The notes under the pieces are model-generated. The model was not told where the DNA came from, did not search any database, and saw only the letters and a list, made by a program, of their open reading frames with translations. Shown here piece after piece: positions 44,013 to 59,430 of a stretch of DNA of 64,000 nucleotides (within the stretch, counting starts at the first letter, position 1; every line of letters starts with the position of its first letter). A program made the translations under genes and the position numbers. The DNA comes from the human T2T-CHM13v2.0 reference genome, Homo sapiens: assembly GCF_009914755.1 (NCBI RefSeq), contig NC_060947.1; one strand, given 5' to 3'.

Positions 44013-44380
44013 TTGCTATGGATGAAGGTTTCTGTTTCTTCAAAATATGTATTGAAGCCCTAATCTCTAATGGGATGGTACTAGGAGGTGGGGTTTTCGG
44101 GAGGTAATAATGTTTAGATTAAGTCATGAAAATGGAACACCATATTGGGATTAATGCTTTTATAAGAAGAGGAAGAGACACCAGAACTTCTTTTCACCGC
44201 CATGTGAGGGCACAGCAAGAAGGCGGCCATCTGCAAACCAGAAAACGAGCCCTCACCAAACATTGAATCTGCTGGTTCCTTAATCTTGAATTTACAGCCT
44301 CCAGAACTGTGAGAAATACAAGTCTGTTGTTTAAGCTGCCAAGTCTATGGTATCCTGTTACAGCAGCCTGAACTAAGACA
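44013..44380 (+). mobile_element. MLT1/MST-type MaLR solo LTR
   Basis: TGCTATGG start, CAGCCTCCAGAACTGTGAGAAATA, end GAACTAAGACA. Confidence 0.82.
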
Positions 44381-45933
44381 TATATTATTAGGATTTACAT
44401 ATATTTCTCATAGAACACAGTTGAAATTCACACCCATTGTGATTAATATTTAACAGGTTCTTACTGAAGTTAACTTTTTTTTCTCTTGTATGTATTGTTG
44501 AATTTCCTTATGGGAATGTTTTTATGAAATACTGTGTCTTTCCATGTCACTTCAGCCCCGTGAAGTCTGCATGTATACTAGAAGGTGATCACTAAACACT
44601 GTATTTTCCCCCATTTTTACTTGAGTTAGGATCTTGGTTGTGGTTAAGTGACGTCAGACAGCTACATCAGAGTGAGATCTGAGTGATGACAGCTGTCATT
44701 GGCCAGGGGTTCTGTGACTTGCGTCTCTTAGTAGGGGTTTTTATGGGGACAGTTCTGCATTTGGCTTGGATATTTCTCCTGCCTGGGTCACTTCTGGTTT
44801 TGAAACATCCATATTAACTTTTAAAGTGCTCACAAATTCCATTAACTAACAACCACAAGGTAATAAATTCATTTCTGCTTAACCTAGTTGGAAGACCTGC
44901 TATTATAAAGGCTAACTCATGGAAACATGAGTTTAATCATCCTAGGTTTAATTATTGGTGCAGTTAATGCTTTTATAGGGGAGCGCTAGGATTCCCACAT
45001 ACCCAAGAATTTCCAGGACACTTCAAGGACACAAGGCTAATCTTTTCCAAACTTCTCATTCTTCTGCAGTTCCAATTTCATTCTTTCTTGTATCATATCT
45101 ATTTTTTGCATTATTCATAAACTGGCCCTTGAATTTTAAGAGACACATTGTTATGCAAAATCTTGAAATGTTACAATTAGTTCAAAGAAAGGTATATTTA
45201 CCTCAAGGACATTAATTCAAGCCAGTATGTTTTCAAAACCTATTTTGCTGTGTATTGCCTGATTTTTAAATTAGATTTTCAAAGAGTTTACTCCCAAGGA
45301 TTTGAGATCAAACCTCAACCTTCACATGATTCTGATTTTATGAGTAATGTTGGAATATATAAGGGTATGTCCATATTAAATGTGCTCATGTCTTTTTGGG
45401 TAGTTTTCATTTTATATTTTTCATTATTGCTCTGGGTTAAGAATCTCTAAGTTATTACTAAAATTTCCCTGAGATGATACTTCCTGATCGTTTATGACTC
45501 TACACGTTTCTCTGGAAATAAATATGATCATGTATTTCAGCATGTGGTGCCAAGCTCCAAATGAAATCCTATAGGTTTACCAGGACTTGGGGCATATCTG
45601 TACTCTCTGTGAGAGGTGTGAACCGAATGCAGTCTTATTGGATTTGCTTTTCCAGCAGTCAATATTTCTCATCCACAAGGAGCTCCAGTTCAATTCAAAC
45701 TTCTGTATTCATAACCCGAATATCTACCAAGTCAAGAAAATTTTTTTAACAAAACAAAACATTCATGAACTTAACACTTTAAAATAATCACTTTTAATGT
45801 CTGAAAGCATTGCTCTCTTGTCTAATTTTCTTCTTCTTTGAACAGAGAGAAATGATTTACATATTTGGTATCAGACATTATATGCTACCTTATTTGTCTT
45901 CTGTTGATTTAACACTTTATGACACTCTCTCCC

Positions 45934-46330
45934 TGTGTGTGTGTATGTATATACACGTATATATACACATATACACATAGGTGTGTATGTATATACACGT
46001 ATATATACACATATACACATAGGTGTGTATGTATATATATGCATATATACACATATACACATACATGTGTATGTATATATCTAATATACATATATATCTA
46101 TATATACTATATATACTATATATCTATATATATACTACATAGCTATAGTACTATATATACTATATATCTATATATAGATAATGTATACATATATCTATAT
46201 ATACTACATATCTAATACTATATATTAGATATATTATATTATTTATATATTATATATTTATATTGTATAATATATATCATTTTTATATAAAGTAGACATA
46301 ATATAGATATAATATATCTATGTTATATTG
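45934..46330. repeat. TA/CA microsatellite with a 42-bp higher-order unit
   Basis: GTGTGTATGTATATACACGTATATATACACATATACACATAG repeated two to three times, then degenerate TA. Confidence 0.88.
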
Positions 46331-46354
46331 CTGAAATGTATTTTAAAAATATTT

Positions 46355-46520
46355 AAGTGTGTGTGTATCTTTGTCTTTCATTGCAATAAAATACACATAA
46401 CACACAATTTATCATTTTAACCATTTTAAAGTATACAATTCAGTGTCATTTAGTACATTCACAATATCCTGCAAGCAGCTCCTCTATCTAGGCCCAGAAC
46501 ATTTTTATCAACATCAACAT
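46355..46520 (-). mobile_element. L1MB 3' end
   Basis: TTTAACCATTTTAAAGTATACAATTCAGTG..ATTTAGTACATTCACAAT. Confidence 0.75.
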
Positions 46521-46524
46521 TTTC

Positions 46525-46830
46525 AAAAAATATATATTTATTTTTAAAATATATATATTTAAATATATTTTTATACATATATTTATAAAATATATATTTA
46601 TATATATTTAAAACATTTATTATATATTTATTTATAATATATGTTAAAATATATACATTTTAAAATATATCTATTTTAAAATGTATATGTTTAAAATATA
46701 TTTATTTTTTAAATATATGTATTTATTTTTTTAATATACATACTTATCTTTTAAATATATAATTATTTTCAAAATATATACACATTTATTTTAAAAATAT
46801 ATGTATTTATTTTTAAATATATGTTTTATG
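46525..46830. repeat. AT-rich low complexity
   Basis: Near-pure A/T with TTTAAAATATAT units. Confidence 0.88.
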
Positions 46831-47020
46831 CCATGAAATATCACAAGGGTATATAAGGATAGGTCTTTAAAAACCGGCAGCAAGCATTGCAATAGGCATG
46901 TAGACATTTGAGGAATTCTCATTCAATACAGGAAGAAGAGAAATCAAACTAGGCTGTGATTTGTATTAAAAGTGTGACGTGAAGGAGGGCTTAGCTTCAA
47001 CAATGAGATAAGAAACATCA

Positions 47021-47383
<363 letters not shown>

Positions 47384-47799
47384 CTATCTTGATTTTAGAT
47401 CTCTACACTCACTGATCAACAAAATGCCTGTTATTTTTTGAATTTTTGCAACCATAGGATGAGCACAGTTGGAAAGCTTTACCTACACCCTTTGTGGAGA
47501 ACTTCTGACAGTTAGCAATGTGATTTTTTTTTTTTTTTTTTGCATAATTCAGTGGGTGCATTGGCATTGGTGTTTGCTTTGCATTCCCTAGAAGCATATT
47601 CAGAACAGAGGTTCATAGAAAATTTGTTAGAAAGTGTTCCTAGGAAAAACATATAGTAAAACAGGAATGTTTCTGGGGTCATACAGTAATTCTGTGTTTG
47701 TCCCTTTGAGGGATCTTCAAGCTGTCTTCCACAGCACCTGTACCATGTCACTTTCCATGCTCATGAGCGATAGATAAGGTTTCCCTGGTGTGGTAGGAC

Positions 47800-49050
<1,251 letters not shown>

Positions 49051-49084
49051 AGAGAAACTTTTATTGCAATAAATTCATTGGAAT

Positions 49085-49400
49085 AAAAGAGATATATAAA
49101 ATATATACTTACATTTATATAATAAATATATACTTATATTTATATATAATTATATATATTTATATAAATATCTAAAACAAATACATTCATATTAACATAT
49201 ATTAATATATATTTATATCACATAAATTTTACCTAAATATTAATATATCTATAATTTTTTCATATATAAATATATAATATAATTAATACATATATTTTAA
49301 TATATTATACATTATATATTACATAAAAATATTTATATATTTATAAATATACTGTATTTTTTATATATGTGTGTATAAATATATGTATATATATACATTT
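49085..49400. repeat. AT-rich degenerate (TA)n
   Basis: Near-pure A/T. Confidence 0.88.
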
Positions 49401-49454
49401 TAACAGTATTTCCAGCCTACTGCAAGTGTGGTCAGAATAGGCTCACAGGGTGTT

Positions 49455-49780
49455 TGACCTCTGGAGGCTCTAGGGGAGGACAATTTGTGGCTCCATCACT
49501 CCAGTCTTCAAGGCCGGCATCTTTAACTCTCTCTGCTCCATGTTGACATTGCCTTCTCCTGTCCATGTGTGTCCAAACCTCTCTTTATCTCCCTTTCATA
49601 AGGATTCTTGTGATTACATTGGGCACACCCAGATAACGCAGGGTGATCACCCATCTCAAGATCCTTTCTACATCTTATCTGCACAGTGCCGTTCCCCATG
49701 CAGTCACATACCTCTAGGTTCTGGGGATTCCGATCAGATGACATGTTTGAAGATGTCTTTATTTAGCCTAACTACACCCA
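49455..49780 (-). mobile_element. MLT1C/D-type MaLR LTR fragment
   Basis: CTCTGGAGGCTCTAGGGGGAGA, TGATTACATTGGGCACACCCAGATAA, CCCATCTCAAGATCCTT. Confidence 0.72.
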
Positions 49781-50664
49781 AGATGATTGTTCTCTCTTGC
49801 TGAACCAAGTAATAACCCAACTTGTTCAACTACATGTGTGTTCTTGGTGTGCTTTGGCTAGAGGACATTGACACGTTAACTTTGAAAACAAAAACAGAGA
49901 CTGCCTTCTGGGTAAATCACAGAGGTCAGGTAATCAACAAATAACCTCTTATTGTTCATAGCCCTGTATACCTACAGCTATGCAAAAGAAACTACTAAGA
50001 AGCTCAAAGCATTGTGAGATTCGGTCGTGATTTGCTTACTCAGAATATACACACTAGTGTTATGGCTTGTGTCTTGGTTTTTAGCTTTTTATGTGAACAG
50101 CGAAGCTGATCTGGCTCCTTTTCTAGTGATGTGGATTGAGGCACATTATTCTCTACCAGAGAGTAACAAAGTTAATGTAAATGATTTCCATCTACTGCAC
50201 TGTAGTTCACTGGACCAAGCTTATTAATTCAACTGTGAATAGCTGGAAATGTGGAACTTGCATTTTAGGTTTTTCCAAAGTCTCTTTTTTGAGCAGACAT
50301 TTTGGGTTGCTCAAGAAAAAAGAAATGATTGCCTTAAAGGGATACTTTATCATGACTCTGCTGCATGTGAAAGGAATTGCATCGAATTTTTCCCCAACAG
50401 TAGAAATAGCCCAAATCCTGTGACAAAGTAACAGTAATCTATTTATAGCCAAGGTTAGGTAAGGAAAGAACAATCTTTCTTTTTTAATTTCCCTGGGTAA
50501 GCATTGATCAAATTGCATTTTTCATTCATGAGAATATCTCTGAAATCAGGAGAGATTAAGTGTATGAATAATTGTTATATAGTTGTGTAGAAAGCAAAAG
50601 AACTTTCAATAAATTTGTTCCACTTTTTCCTCAGGTAGTTTCCTATTCCCTTATTCTTTCCCTC

Positions 50665-50790
50665 CTCTGTTCATTTAATTGTGAAGCGATTTATTGAACA
50701 TCTATTAAGTGAAAGGCCATGGGGAAATCAAAATATGTGAGGCAGATTCCTACTCTCAAAGGACTGATCGCAAAGAAGAGACAGACTCCT
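50665..50790 (-). mobile_element. L2 3' end remnant
   Basis: ATTTATTGAACATCTA...CCTACTCTCAAAGGACT. Confidence 0.45.
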
Positions 50791-51113
50791 AAAAGAGGCA
50801 AAAACCAAAAAAGGAGACATGATAATAATAAATGAATGAATGGGGTGGCAGTTTTCATCATAGTCAATATTGGAGAAGACACACCTTTGAAAAGGCTTGC
50901 AGCTCAGTCAACTTTAAATTAGGATGGTCGGTTTTTGAAAACCTTGCAAGAAGACTGGCAAATATAGACTTATGGGTCTTATTCAGGGAGTTGTGCAACT
51001 TGGGGGCAAATAAGAAACAGTATCCGTTTCACCTGCCAACATCCTCAAAGATCAGAATATCCTTCAGTGTTTTCCCCTCCAATATCAGCTGATAAGTAGA
51101 AACATCTAAAATA

Positions 51114-51400
51114 CAGTCATGCATCATTTAACTACAGAGTTACATTCTGACAATGTATCATGAGGTGATCTCATCAGTGTGCGAACATCAAAGAGTGCAC
51201 TTACACAAACCTAAATGCTCTAGATTACTACACACTTGGGCTACATACCTGTACAACAGGTGACTGTACTGAATATTGTAGACAATTTAACACAGGGGTA
51301 GGTATTTCCACACCTAAATATATCTAAACAGAAACACAGTATGTTAAAAATAAGGTTATTATAGTCTTCTGGGACCACCACTCTCTATGGGGTCTATCAA
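51114..51400 (+). mobile_element. Tigger3-type DNA transposon fragment
   Basis: TA-CAGTCATGC start; GTGCGAACATCAAAGAGTGCACTTACACAAACCTA. Confidence 0.75.
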
Positions 51401-52121
51401 ATAGAAGTCTAGTTTGCTGTGAGTTACACAACAATATTATACCTTGCAAAAATATTGTAAGAGTTTTGTGAAAACCTGATCATTGGTAAAAAGTTGAAAC
51501 AGTATTGAAGGGGGGTGGAACATATTTGAAGACCTATAAAATAATTTTAGGATTTTGCCATGAAGACTAATCACATAGGAAAAAAAAATTACCAAAAACC
51601 TCATTGCAGGTACATAAAATCTTATAGAAGGGCATATATCAAACCTGAACTTACTTTTAGTCCAATGTTAATCTAACAAGAATGTTTTTCTGCTTGTCCC
51701 ATTACCAATCAATAGGACTGGATAAACTGGTTTTATTCCTGTCATTCTTATAACACATTGATAAATTTCACCTAGGTAATATACTTTTTAGGGAACTTAA
51801 CCACTTTGTGTTTAAATATGACCATCACAGTATGTTGCACACATAATATTCTGAATAAGTACTTGCTTTAAATTGTGTATATAAATCTTCAGATTCTCCG
51901 GTTTACTTGATAGAATACTCAGGTGGGCATAGCACTTTACATGTCAATGGTACTTTATAACACATTACAGATTTTTTATAAAAACAACATTTTCTTATAC
52001 CTTATTTCATCTAATCTGCCAGCAAGTTCCTTTAAAATGATATCACTTTATATATAAAAAATACAGCATCAAGCAGGATGAGCAAATTATTCACAGTCTC
52101 ATAACTCACAGGAGGTAGAAT

Positions 52122-52698
52122 TGTCAGAAGCATTTGAACCAGAGCAACTCCATCTTGAATAGGGGCTGGGTAAAATGAGGCTGAGACCTACCGGGCTACA
52201 TTCCCAGGAGGTGACATTTCTGGGACATCCTGTGACATTCTAAGTCACAGGATGAGACAGGAGGTCAGCACAAGATACAGGTCATAAAGACCTCGGTGAT
52301 AAAACAGGTTGCAGTAAAGAAGCAGGCCAAATCCCACCCAAACCAAGATGGTGATGAGAGTGACCTCTGGTTGTCCTCACTGCTACACTCCCACCAGCAC
52401 CATGACAGTTACAAATGCCATGGCAATGCGAGGAAGTTACCCTATATGGTCTAAAAAGGGGAGGCACGAACAATCCACACCTTGTTTAGCATATCATCGA
52501 GAAATAACCATAAGAATGGGCAACCAGCAGCCCTCGGGGCTGCTCTGTCTGTGGAGTAGCCATTCTTTTATTCCTTTACTTTCTTAATAAATTTGCTTTC
52601 ACTTTCACTTTGCTCTATGGACTTGCCTTGAATTCTTTCTTGCGCGAGATCCAAGAACCCTCCCCTGGGCTCTGGATCGGGACCCCTTTCTGGTAACA
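52122..52698 (+). mobile_element. MER41A solo LTR (ERV1)
   Basis: TGTCAGA..TTTGAACCAGAGCAACTCCATCTTGAATAGG start, GGGACCCCTTTC.GGTAACA end; GAAT/AAAT near-TSD; lacks the MER41B GAS block. Confidence 0.88.
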
Positions 52699-53131
52699 AA
52701 ATGAGGCTGAAGAACCTCAAATCTTACATCTTCTGTAAATTTATTGTTATTAAGTTATTTATTATTAAATAAAAGTATTATTTTATTTTATTTATGTTTA
52801 AATGACATAATTGTATCTATTTCTGGAGTACAATGTGATGTTTTGATAGATCCATACATGATGAAATGATTAAATCAAACTAGTTAGCATGTTTATCACT
52901 TCACTTTCTTATTTGTATTTTTGTGTGGGTGGGTCAAACATTTAACATTGGCTCCCTCAGTAATCTTGAAATATACATTACATTATTAATAACTAGAGCC
53001 AGCATGCTGTGCCATAGATTTCAAGAAATTATTCTTTCTGTCTAACTAGAACTTTCCTCTTCAATCAACATCTCCTTATTCTCTTTCTCCACTCCTTTGT
53101 CCCTGGCACCCATCATGCTACTCTCTGCTTC

Positions 53132-54088
<957 letters not shown>

Positions 54089-54344
54089 TGGCGGTTACAT
54101 GTCTATGAATTTTTCTTTCGTAGATTCTGCATAGAAGTGAGATCATGCAGTACCTGTCTTTCTGTGCCTGGCTGATTTCACTGCACATAATCCCTCCAGG
54201 TTTATCTGTGTTTTCATCATTGTCTATTTTATAATCCCAGAAGACAGCCTGAGAGTTGATTTTTGTAAATTCCTGTACTGGTAAGTGGCTATTGGATGTT
54301 CCATTTAGTTTGTTTTCCTCCACTTGTTTTCTTATCTGTTGGAT

Positions 54345-55033
54345 TGAAACCACTTTGTAAAATTATGACTAAGACAGTGCAAGAGATCTAACTTAACTCA
54401 CTCCATCTTGCTTCTAACCTCCAAGCTGTCCTTGTTCATTCCTGGGCGCAGGCTAAACTAACTTTGGGAGAAACTTAGCTTATAGTTTATTGTTTAAACA
54501 AAGATGGTAACAGCCCTTTCCCAAAGCAGACCTCCTTCTTGCCTGGGGACTAGATTGCCTTTGTAGGGCTAACATTAGCCAGAAGATTAGAAATTATGGT
54601 TTGGGAGTTCATGCAGCTGGAGGCTACAAGATTCTGACCCTCCCTAAACTGCCCCTAAGATCAGTGCCTGAGATATTTTGCAGACCCTTCACTTGATGGA
54701 TCAGCTGGCACCACCCAGATAGTTAAACTGGCTCTTCTGATCTTGTGGCCCCCACCCAAGAACTGATTGAACGCAAGAAGGCAGCTCTGACTCCCTATGA
54801 TTTCATCTCTGACCAATCAGCACTCCTGACTCACTGGCTTCTCCCGACCCACCAAGTTATCCTTAACAGCTCTGCTCCCTGAATGCTCGGGGAGACTGAT
54901 TTGAGTAATAATAAAACTCGGATCTCCCGCACAGCCAGCTCTGCACGAATTACTCTTTCTCTATTGCAATTCCCGTCTTAATGAATCGGCTCTGTCTAGG
55001 TAGCAGGCAAGGTGAACCCCTTGGGTGGTTGCA
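54345..55033 (+). mobile_element. LTR8 solo LTR (ERV1)
   Basis: TGAAACC..AAATTATGACT.AGACAGTG.AAGAGATCTAAC start, GGTGAACCC.TTGGGTGGTTGCA end, ~690 bp, GGAT/GGTT near-TSD. Confidence 0.82.
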
Positions 55034-55236
55034 GGTTAAGCAAATAGGTCAGGTGATTTTATGTTCATTTTAGCTGTAGAACTTTGTTCTAGTCTATCTG
55101 AAAAGTTTTTAGACAAGAAAGTCAAGGGAGGTTTTCACGATCAGTGGACTCTTCCTTTTTTTTTCAAAAATCGAGTTGGTTCAATGAGTATTATTTATTG
55201 AGGGAACTCTTTAAAATACTGAACATTGTTAATGAC

Positions 55237-55677
55237 TTTCATGCGCGTCCGTGTGAAGAGACCACCAAACAGGCTTTGTGTGAGCAACAAGGCTGTTTAT
55301 TTCACCTGGGTGCAGGCGGGCTGAGTCCGAAAAGAGAGTCAGCAAAGGGAGATGGGGTGGGGCCGTTTTATAGGATTAGGGAAGGTAATGGAAAATTACA
55401 GTCAAAGGGGGTTTGTTCTCTGGTGGGCAGGTGTGGATCTCACAAAGTACACTCTCAAGGGTGGGGAGAATTACAAAGGACCTTCTTAAGGGTGGGGGAG
55501 ATTACAAAGTACATTTATCAGTTAGGGTGGGGCAGGAACAAATCACAATGTTGGAATGTCATCAGTTAAGGCTGTTTTTACTTCTTTTGTGGATCTTCAG
55601 TTACTTCAGGCCATCTGGATGTATACGTGCAAGTCACAGGGGATGCGATGGCCTGGCCTGGGCTCAGAGGCCTGACA
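55237..55677 (-). mobile_element. HERV-H 3' LTR (LTR7), 441 bp
   Basis: TGTCAGGCCTCTGAGCCC...GCATGAAA on minus, immediately preceded by the PPT. Confidence 0.95.
55296..55301 (-). terminator. polyadenylation signal in the 3' LTR
   Basis: GGTGAAATAAACAGCC on minus. Confidence 0.8.
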
Positions 55678-55692
55678 TTCCTGCCTTCTTAT
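55678..55692 (-). other. polypurine tract (PPT)
   Basis: ATAAGAAGGCAGGAA directly 5' of the 3' LTR. Confidence 0.85.
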
Positions 55693-56099
55693 ATTAATAA
55701 GACAAATAAAACAAAATAGTGTTGAAGTGTTGGGGCAGCGAAAATTTTTGGGGGGTGGTATGGAGAGATAATGGGCGATGTTTCTCAGGGCTGCTTCAAG
55801 CGGGATTAGGGGCGGCGTGGGAGCCTAGAGTGGGAGAGATTAAGCTGAAGGGAGGTCTTGTGGTAAGGGGTGATATCATGGGGATGTTAGAAGAAACATT
55901 TGTCGTATAGAATGATTGGTGATGGCCTGGATACGGTTTTGGATGATTTGAGAAGCTAAATGGAAGATACAAGGTCCGAATAAAAGGAGGAGAAAAATGG
56001 GTATTAAATGTCTAAGAATTGGGAGGACCTAGGACATCTGATTAGAGAGTGCCTAAGGAGATTCAGCATAGTCCTGCCAGCAAAGATTATTTACTTCAA

Positions 56100-58076
56100 G
56101 AGTTAAGAGTGGCAGTTTGGGGATAGCACCAGGAGATATCAGCTGTGATGGCTTGGAGAAACAGTGTAAACCGGCAGTGTAAACAAGAGCAGGGCATGTA
56201 TGAGTAGTTGAGAACGGTGAATAGGAGTATGACTAGACAGAAGATAGTAGGGATGACAAGTTTTTTGGGGCACAGTCTAAGTTGGTCTGGTGTCTGGAAT
56301 GAGACTGGGGCCTAATAAAAAGGAGCGTCTATACAGGAGCTTAAATGGGATGTACCTTGTAGCATTCTGAGGACAGGCCTGATTTCTGAGAAGGGAAAGT
56401 GGTAAAAGTATTGTCCAGTCCTTTTTAAGCTGGTGGCTGAGCTTGGTGAGGTGTGTTTTTAAAAGACCTTTAGTCCGTTCTACTTTTCTTGAAGAAGGAG
56501 GACCGTAAGGGATATAAAGGTTTCACTGAATACTAAGAGCCTGAAAAACTGCTTGGCTGATTTGACTAATAAAGGCTGGTCTGTTATCAGACTGTATAGA
56601 GGTGGGAAGGCTAAACTGAGGAATTGTGTCTGACAGAAGGGAAGAAATGACTGTGGTGGCCTTCTCAGACCCTGTAGGAAAGGCCTTTACTTTATTCAGT
56701 GAAAGTGTCTATTTAGACTAAGAGGTATTTTAGTTTCCTGACTCGGGACATGTTGAGTAAAGGTAATTTGCCAGTCCTGGGTGGGGCAAATCCTCCAGCC
56801 TGATGTGTAGGGAAGGGAGGGGGCCTGAATAATCCCTGAGGAGTAGTAGAATAGCAGATGGAACACTGAGAAGTTATTTCCTTGAGGATAGATTTCCACG
56901 ATGGAAAGGAAATGAGAGGTTCTGAGAGGCGGGCTAGTGGCTTGTACTATAGCATAACCTGCCTTTGCTGGTGTGTGGCGATTAGGCCTGGTGGAACTTC
57001 CATCAATAAATCAAGCGTGATCAGGGTGAGGAACAGGAAAGAAGGAAATATGGGGTGAATATCAGGTGGATCAGAGAGATACAGTCATGGAGGTCAGGTG
57101 TGGTATCAGGAATAATGTGGGAGGCCAGATTGAAGTCCAGGCCAGGAACAATGGTAATTGTGGGACTTAAGAAAGTGTGAGTACAGCTGAAGGAGCCGGG
57201 GAGCAGAAAGTATATGCGTCAGGTATGAGGAAGAAAATAGATTTTGGAAGTTATGAGAAATGTAGAGAGTGAGTTGAGCATAGTTTGTGATTTTGAGGGC
57301 CTCTAACAGTATTAAAGTAGCGGCAGCCGCTGCACACAGACATGATGGCTAGGCTAAAACAGGAAGGTCAAGTTGTTTGGACAGAAAGGCTACAGGGTGC
57401 AGTCCTGGCTCTTGTGTAAGAATTCTGACCACACTAACCATGCCTAGGAAGGAAAGGAGTTGTTCTTTTGTAAGGGATTGAGGTTTGGGAGATTAATCGG
57501 ACACGATCAGCAGGGAGAGCACCTGTGTTTTTATGAGAATTATGCTGAGATAGGTAACAGATGAGGATGAAATTTGGGCTTGACTGAAGTAATGGGGGCT
57601 GTCTGTGAAGCCTTGCGGCAGTACAGCCCAGGTAATTTGCTGAGCCTAATGGGTGTCAGGGTCAGTCTAAGTGAAGGCAAAGAGAGGCTGGGATGAAGGG
57701 TGCAAAGGAATAGTAAAGAAAGCATGTTTGAGATCCAGAACAGAATAATGGGTAGTAGAGGGAGGTATTGAGGATAGAAGAGTATATGGGTTTGGCACCA
57801 CGGGGTGGATAGGCAAAACATTTGGTTGATAAGGCGCAGATTCTGAACTAACTTGTAAGGCTTGTCTGGTTTTAGGACAGGTAAAATGGGGGAATGGTAA
57901 GGAGAGTTTATAGGTTTTAGGAGCCCATGCTGTAGCAGGCAAGTGATAACAGGCTTTAATCCTTTCAAAGCATGCTGTGGGATGAGATATTGGCATTGAG
58001 CGGGGTAAGGGTGATTAGGTTTTAATGAGATGGTAAGGGGTGCATGATCGGTCGCCAAGGAGGGAGTAGAGGTATC
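56100..58076 (-). pseudogene. pol: HERV-H pol (RT/RNase H/integrase), frameshifted and deleted
   Basis: RT motifs [41 protein letters not shown] joined directly to QISSSSVTYL (YxDD block deleted near 57580); IN remnants DWQITFT and PYGPPSSRKVERTKGLLK. Confidence 0.88.
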
Positions 58077-58502
58077 TTATACTTGTGGGTTAAGGTGGGG
58101 GGATATAAGAGGAGGACGCAAAGGAGGCTTTGGATTAGGAATAAGGGCGGCAATGAGATGCAGCTGTAGTCCAGGAGTAGTCAGGGAAGCAGATAATTTA
58201 GTTAAAGTGTCTCGGCCTAATAAGGGAACTGGGCAGGTGGGGATAACTAAAAAGGAGTGCGTAAAAGAGTATTGTCTAAGTTGGCACCAGAGTTGGGAAG
58301 TTTTAAGAGGTTTAGAAGCCTGGCCGTCAATACCCACAGCAGTTATGGAGGCAAGGGAAACAGGCCCTTGAAAAGTAGGTAATGTGGAGTGGGTAGCCTC
58401 CATATTGATTAAGAAGGGGACGGACTTACCCTCCACTGTGAGAGTTACCTAAAGCTCAGTGTCTGTGATGGTCTACAGGGCTTCCGAGGTGATTGGGCAG
58501 CG
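58077..58502 (-). pseudogene. pro: HERV-H protease, inactive
   Basis: FLINMEATHS (DTG catalytic motif lost), VGIDG flap, PLLGRD; two TAG stops after the gag TGA. Confidence 0.88.
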
Positions 58503-58856
58503 TCAGTCTTCAGCCGCTAAGCCGAGAAGATCTGGGAAGGAGTCAGTCAGAGAGCCTTGGGCCAGAGTTCCAGGGTCTCTGGGAGTCGCTGCCAGGTGAG
58601 TTGAACAGTCTGATTTCCAATGGGGTCCCGCACAGATGGGACACGGCTTAGGAGGAATCCTGGGCTGCAGGCATTTCTTGGCTTGGTGGCCAGATTTCTG
58701 GCACTTGTAGCAAGCTCCTGTGGGAGGAGGTTCTGGAGGAACGCCTGGCTGCTGCGGTTCAGGTGTTTGGAAGTTCTTGTTTGCTGGAGATGTGGCTGGG
58801 GTTTGTCTCACAGTGGAGGCAAGGAATTGCAACTTTTTTTTTTTATTATTGTACAC
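58503..58856 (-). pseudogene. gag: HERV-H gag 3' part with nucleocapsid zinc knuckles
   Basis: CYKCQKSGHQAKKC (CX2CX4HX4C) and CPICAGPHWKSDC; ends DLLGLAAED-stop; disconnected from the gag ATG. Confidence 0.88.
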
Positions 58857-59430
58857 CTTGAAGGCGAGGTTAATTAAATCCTGTTGTGGAGTTTGAGGGC
58901 CGGAATTTAATTTTTGGAGTTTTATTTAATATCGGGAGCAGATTGGGTAATAAAATGTATATTGAGAATAAGACGGCCTTTTGACCTTTTAGGGTCTAGG
59001 GCTGTAAAGTGTCTCAGGGTTGCTGCCGAACGAGCCATGAACTGGGCTGGGTTTTTATATTTGATGAAAAAGAGCCTAAACGCTTCTGATTTGGGATAAA
59101 GAAAAAGGAGCATTAACCTTGACTATGTCTTTAGCTCCAGCCACCTTTTTAAGAGTAAATTGCTGGGCAGGTGGGGGAGGGCTAGTCACGGAACGAAACT
59201 GTAAGCCGGACCAGGTGTGAGGAGGGGAGGTGATAAAAAGATTACAGGGTGGAGGAGTGGAGCCTGAGGAAGAATTGGGACCTAGCTTGGCGTGGAGAGG
59301 AGGGGAGAGGTCAGATGGGTTTGTAGAAAAGGAAGATTAGACACACTCAGCAACGCCTGGGGTTGGGACTGAGGGGACAGGTGGGAGGGAAAGAAGGAAG
59401 ATTTGGGACGAGTTGCACTGGGCACAGAGA

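Noticed and set aside
52440-52500. Interferon-gamma (STAT1) enhancer in MER41
   Set aside because: This copy has the MER41A-type sequence lacking the tandem GAS motifs of MER41B
55693-56100. HERV-H env
   Set aside because: Only ~400 bp separates integrase from the PPT; no env ORF, furin site or immunosuppressive domain visible
56100-58502. Functional protease/RT/integrase (replication competence)
   Set aside because: Catalytic motifs mutated or deleted, with multiple frameshifts and stops
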